A program made the translations under genes and the position numbers. DNA of 37,145 nt. It comes from Octopus bimaculoides (taxonomy: Eukaryota). Position 1 is the stretch's first letter, and every line of letters starts with the position of its first letter. This document shows, piece by piece, positions 33,647 through 37,145 of this stretch. The notes beneath the pieces are model-generated. The model saw only the letters and a list, made by a program, of their open reading frames with translations, was not told the DNA's origin and did not search any database. Location: positions 90,825,051 through 90,862,195 of the forward strand of contig NC_068982.1 in the NCBI RefSeq assembly GCF_001194135.2, written 5' to 3'.

Positions 33647-35810
33647 TAATTGCAAATCATTCTCTCATGTATTTCAGTTAAATTAAAACGTCTCATCCTT
33701 GTTTCTTCTTTTTTTTTTTTTTTTTTCACTGTCATATTTCCATCTCAGATATTTCAAATTTTTATAATTAACAAACTTGGCTGATACTACAGCAATATAT
33801 TAAACCTACTACCTGTTCCCGAATATATTTTCTTGTCGTGTCTTATTACACCACACACTATGTCTCTAATTACTTTTACCCACACCTTTTCTTCTATGAT
33901 AAAGGACAGGAAATAATTTAAAGGATACAGTATTATACATCCTTACTCCAAACAAATGTATACTACAGGTTTATTATATCGATCAGACTTGCCAGTTTGT
34001 TTATCATTATATGAAAGTATTGAGAAATTTAGATTGCAGTATACCTACATGAAGCATTTCTTATAGCAGGAATAGTGAGCTATGCTCAAATTTTATGAAA
34101 TGGGTGAAGTTGATTTATCCAACTTCAAACCTTTACTGCTAATTGGTTTTTCGATTCCAGATAAATGAAAGCGAATGTCAGAATCGGAAGAATAAACACA
34201 AAGTTGAGACAGAAAGTGTTAACATATAAGTGTGTAAGTAGCGAACTCTGCACTCCACCGTATGTTCCCTTCAATCCACCCCCTAAATTCTTTTTAGAAA
34301 GTAAAGAAAAGAATATCAGCAGATCCTTAGTATATTTAAACGATCGATAAACAATTCGACTTGATACTTTATGGTATATAGTTCTTGTCAGATTGAGTTC
34401 TAATCTCAACAGGTGTCTTTACCATTATTATTTTCACAGTCGATAGGATAGAAAGCAATAAGGTATTCGAAGGAAAGGAATCGATTCCAAATTGGCTTTG
34501 TGCCATTATATTTTCCTGAGTATGCATGTACTTTTACATTCGTGCATTCATATTCTTAAGTTCTTTTCGCTTGTTTTCAATGAACATGCTTTGTGACAAA
34601 AGAAAAAATACATTGCCTTTCACAAAAGAAAGCACACATACGCACACATGCGCATACACACACTCAATGTGTTTTTTTTTTAATATATAAAGCTGGGTTA
34701 AGTTTCATGCTGATCTTTACCAAGATATTGTATAGCTTTACATTCTGCTCTATGCATTATATTTGACTATATCATTTTAAGTATCTTCTCCTTCTCTGAG
34801 CTGCCTTCGGGGGCACTTTTTTTGCATGGCTTTTGTGTACTATATTAACGATACTACTCTTGTTTCAGTGGAGAAGAAAAATAGTTTTATCTCATCTGGC
34901 ACTTTGCCATAAAATATCTCTACATATACTTCCTAATTTTTTAAAATATAATTTCATAATATGCTACGATCAATTCTAGCCATTTTCAAAAATATTAAAA
35001 TTGGTATCAGTATGGTGAATGACTTGTATTTGGTAATTACCTTCCTAATACTAGTGAGAAGAAAGAAGATATTTATCTAGTACGAATATTGGTTTATTGT
35101 TATGCCTGCAAACATTATACTTTTAAAATATGGGACGTAAGCGGTAGGTGAAAAAACGATTTTCATAATGTAGTCGTTATTTGCAGTTTTACAGCATTAT
35201 AGCAAGTTAATATCAGCTGCTCTGTAGTAAACGTTGCTATTTTGTATTTCAGATTTGTTGTGTATTTTTATTACATGTAGTATTTTTTTCTATTTTAAAG
35301 ACTTAAAATTCTACATCCTGAAATATACTGGTATTGCTGAAAATCCAATACGTTTTACTTGGAATTGAATTATTGATGACTGGGGAATGGTAATTCATTA
35401 ATAGACTTAAAGTTGATTGAAAGTTATATATCTCTAGACTTCGGTTTTATAATTTTTCCGATCGAGAAAAATATTTTCTTGCGATTTCATAGCCTACTTT
35501 TTCCCGATGTCATTTGAATATCTTGCAAGATTTTCTTGATAGACAAAGCTTATCGAGAATTACGTGGTCAAAATTGAAATTAAGTGGAAATCAGTTACAC
35601 TAATATGTAACATTGTATACAAATCAGAATGAGTGGATGTATTCCATTAGGAAAGGATGCAACATGTTTGGAAAAAGGCAGATTAAATATGTCGAGATTA
35701 AGCGTGTCTTACTTTTGTAAATCTGCATGAAAATCTGAGAAATATGGAAGGAGGTTCCTGTGGATACATTCTTCTTTCGAAGGCAGTATATTTTAGATAT
35801 ATGAAATCGC

Positions 35811-35922
35811 ACACGCACACACACACATACACACACACACACGCACAAACACACACACACACACACACACACATACACACACACACGCACGCACGCATAC
35901 ACACACACAAACACACAAACAC
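35811..35922. repeat. Degenerate (CA)n microsatellite interrupting the PX-like remnant
   Basis: Directly visible. It sits between two collinear PX-like peptides. Confidence 0.9.
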
Positions 35923-37145
35923 AAATTCTACAAGTAACACTCTTTTACCTGCTCATCCACAATATACTGCGTATGCAACGTGCTGGAAAAGGCGCAAAAG
36001 CAAATTCTGATGGAGACGTCGAGAACAAATCTATTATTATGTAGACACATTTAGTCAATCCTACAACAGTACTAAAATGTGTATCATCTTTGTACTAAAA
36101 TTCATATTGTGTCAGCTGACCTTCAGACGCAATTGATACATTGGCACTCAACAGCAATATTCTGAATTTAACGCCTATCATCTCACAAGATAAAGCAAGG
36201 CTTATGATATATGTGTCATACACATATAAACAGTTGTACGTGATGTAGATAAATAACTGTATCACGTTGTAGGTTTATATATTTTCATTACTGCCCTCAC
36301 ATTTTATGTGTTTGAATTAATAATATGGTTAATTTTGAGGACGGTTTACTTACAGAAACATTACTCAATCATCGAGTTCTACCACTATAATGCGAAATGC
36401 TCATACCTATATGGAGAAAATATATTACACTCCCTGTCCCATTGATTCACATGAAAATATATTAACATTTACATGAAAATATATTACAAATTGAAACATG
36501 AGTATATGATTCAAAATCGCAATCCTTACATGAAAAATCTCTCCTACGATATTCTTCGTTGTGTCAAATCATATCAAAGTACTAAATTATAAAGCATATC
36601 ACGTTATAATAATGAGTCGAAAACTATAATAAACTTCGTTTTACGTTTATACTTATGTCCATTTATTTCTTGCTGAAGTACAATTGCGGAAAAAAGAGAC
36701 AGGAAAGACAGCAGCGACAGAGAAGATGCAGAGAGTGAAAAAAACATGGTTGTGCTTGAGGAACTATTCATGAGAAAGAATAGGCAAGAGAGAGGGTGAA
36801 GCGAGAAAGAGTAAAATAAAATGAAATGATAAAGGAAAGACAGAAAATTTTACATACAAGTGGACATCACGCACACATATGATACGATATATAAACATAA
36901 TTTAGGGATCAGCAAAAGTTGCTTCACCACATACCGAAATTTAGAAATAGCAGTTAAAGTGCTAATTCTACTATTACAATATGTCTCCACAGATAGCAAT
37001 ACTTGTAACTCACATAGGCAAAAGAGAAGAAAAATAACGAAACCAACCAGCCTTAGTTAATCATTTACGCATTTCGGGATTATATATATATTTAGTTTCA
37101 GCTCAGACCTGCGGCCATACATATATATATATATAGTGATATATA

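Larger units (their letters stand above)
19980..36355 (+). pseudogene. Highly degenerate, apparently intron-containing SNX25/SNX13/SNX14-like (PXA-RGS-PX-PXC) pseudogene
   Basis: Collinear peptides: IEIVCHYIEYNIDWY (19992-20036), LVEELTYCL (20059-20085), KIREMEEYENFNII (24831-24872), RAMK..IRFSG (24925-24993), WQTSLVDIL (25016-25042), LWISI..*..DIYKRF (27484-27570), PINSSLHRDIKSIL (29015-29056), QFEVFDMLQEDWFPSWVL (29237-29290), YMKRGKIWEKL/GYWKSKLSS (32360-32418), [16 protein letters not shown] (35700-35797), VLEKAQKQIL (35980-36009), VFELIIWLILRTVYLQ (36308-36355). Stops and frameshifts are present. Matched by eye to recalled sequences; each piece is weak alone. Confidence 0.55.

Noticed and set aside
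34165-34350. ORF with PPKFF...RSLVYL, loosely PX-like
   Set aside because: The spacing is wrong and it lies before the better PX signature at 35700.

Overview
AT-rich, microsatellite-dense eukaryotic DNA with four N gaps. The SINE families and the DD37D maT fragment resemble repeats I associate with octopus genomes, so the organism call is an inference. There is one clearly intact CDS, an intronless 514-aa coiled-coil ORF (6870-8414, +), possibly with a 5'UTR intron. Most other recognisable sequence is decayed mobile DNA: a MULE remnant, a maT fragment, a Penelope-like element (RT + GIY-YIG), two minimal hammerhead ribozyme motifs, an internally deleted mariner, a fold-back mariner with two 5' ends, an RTE LINE with a twin-priming-type 5' inversion, two tandem R4/Dong-like LINE relics, an APE-type LINE fragment, two tRNA-SINE families and an unexplained 1.44-kb fold-back. 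Between about 20.0 and 36.4 kb on the + strand, short peptide remnants collinear with the PXA-RGS-PX-PXC layout of SNX25/13/14 suggest a fossil intron-containing sorting-nexin gene missed by the ORF track. Nearly all other listed ORFs are microsatellite or gap artefacts. All homologies were recognised by eye and from memory; no search was run.
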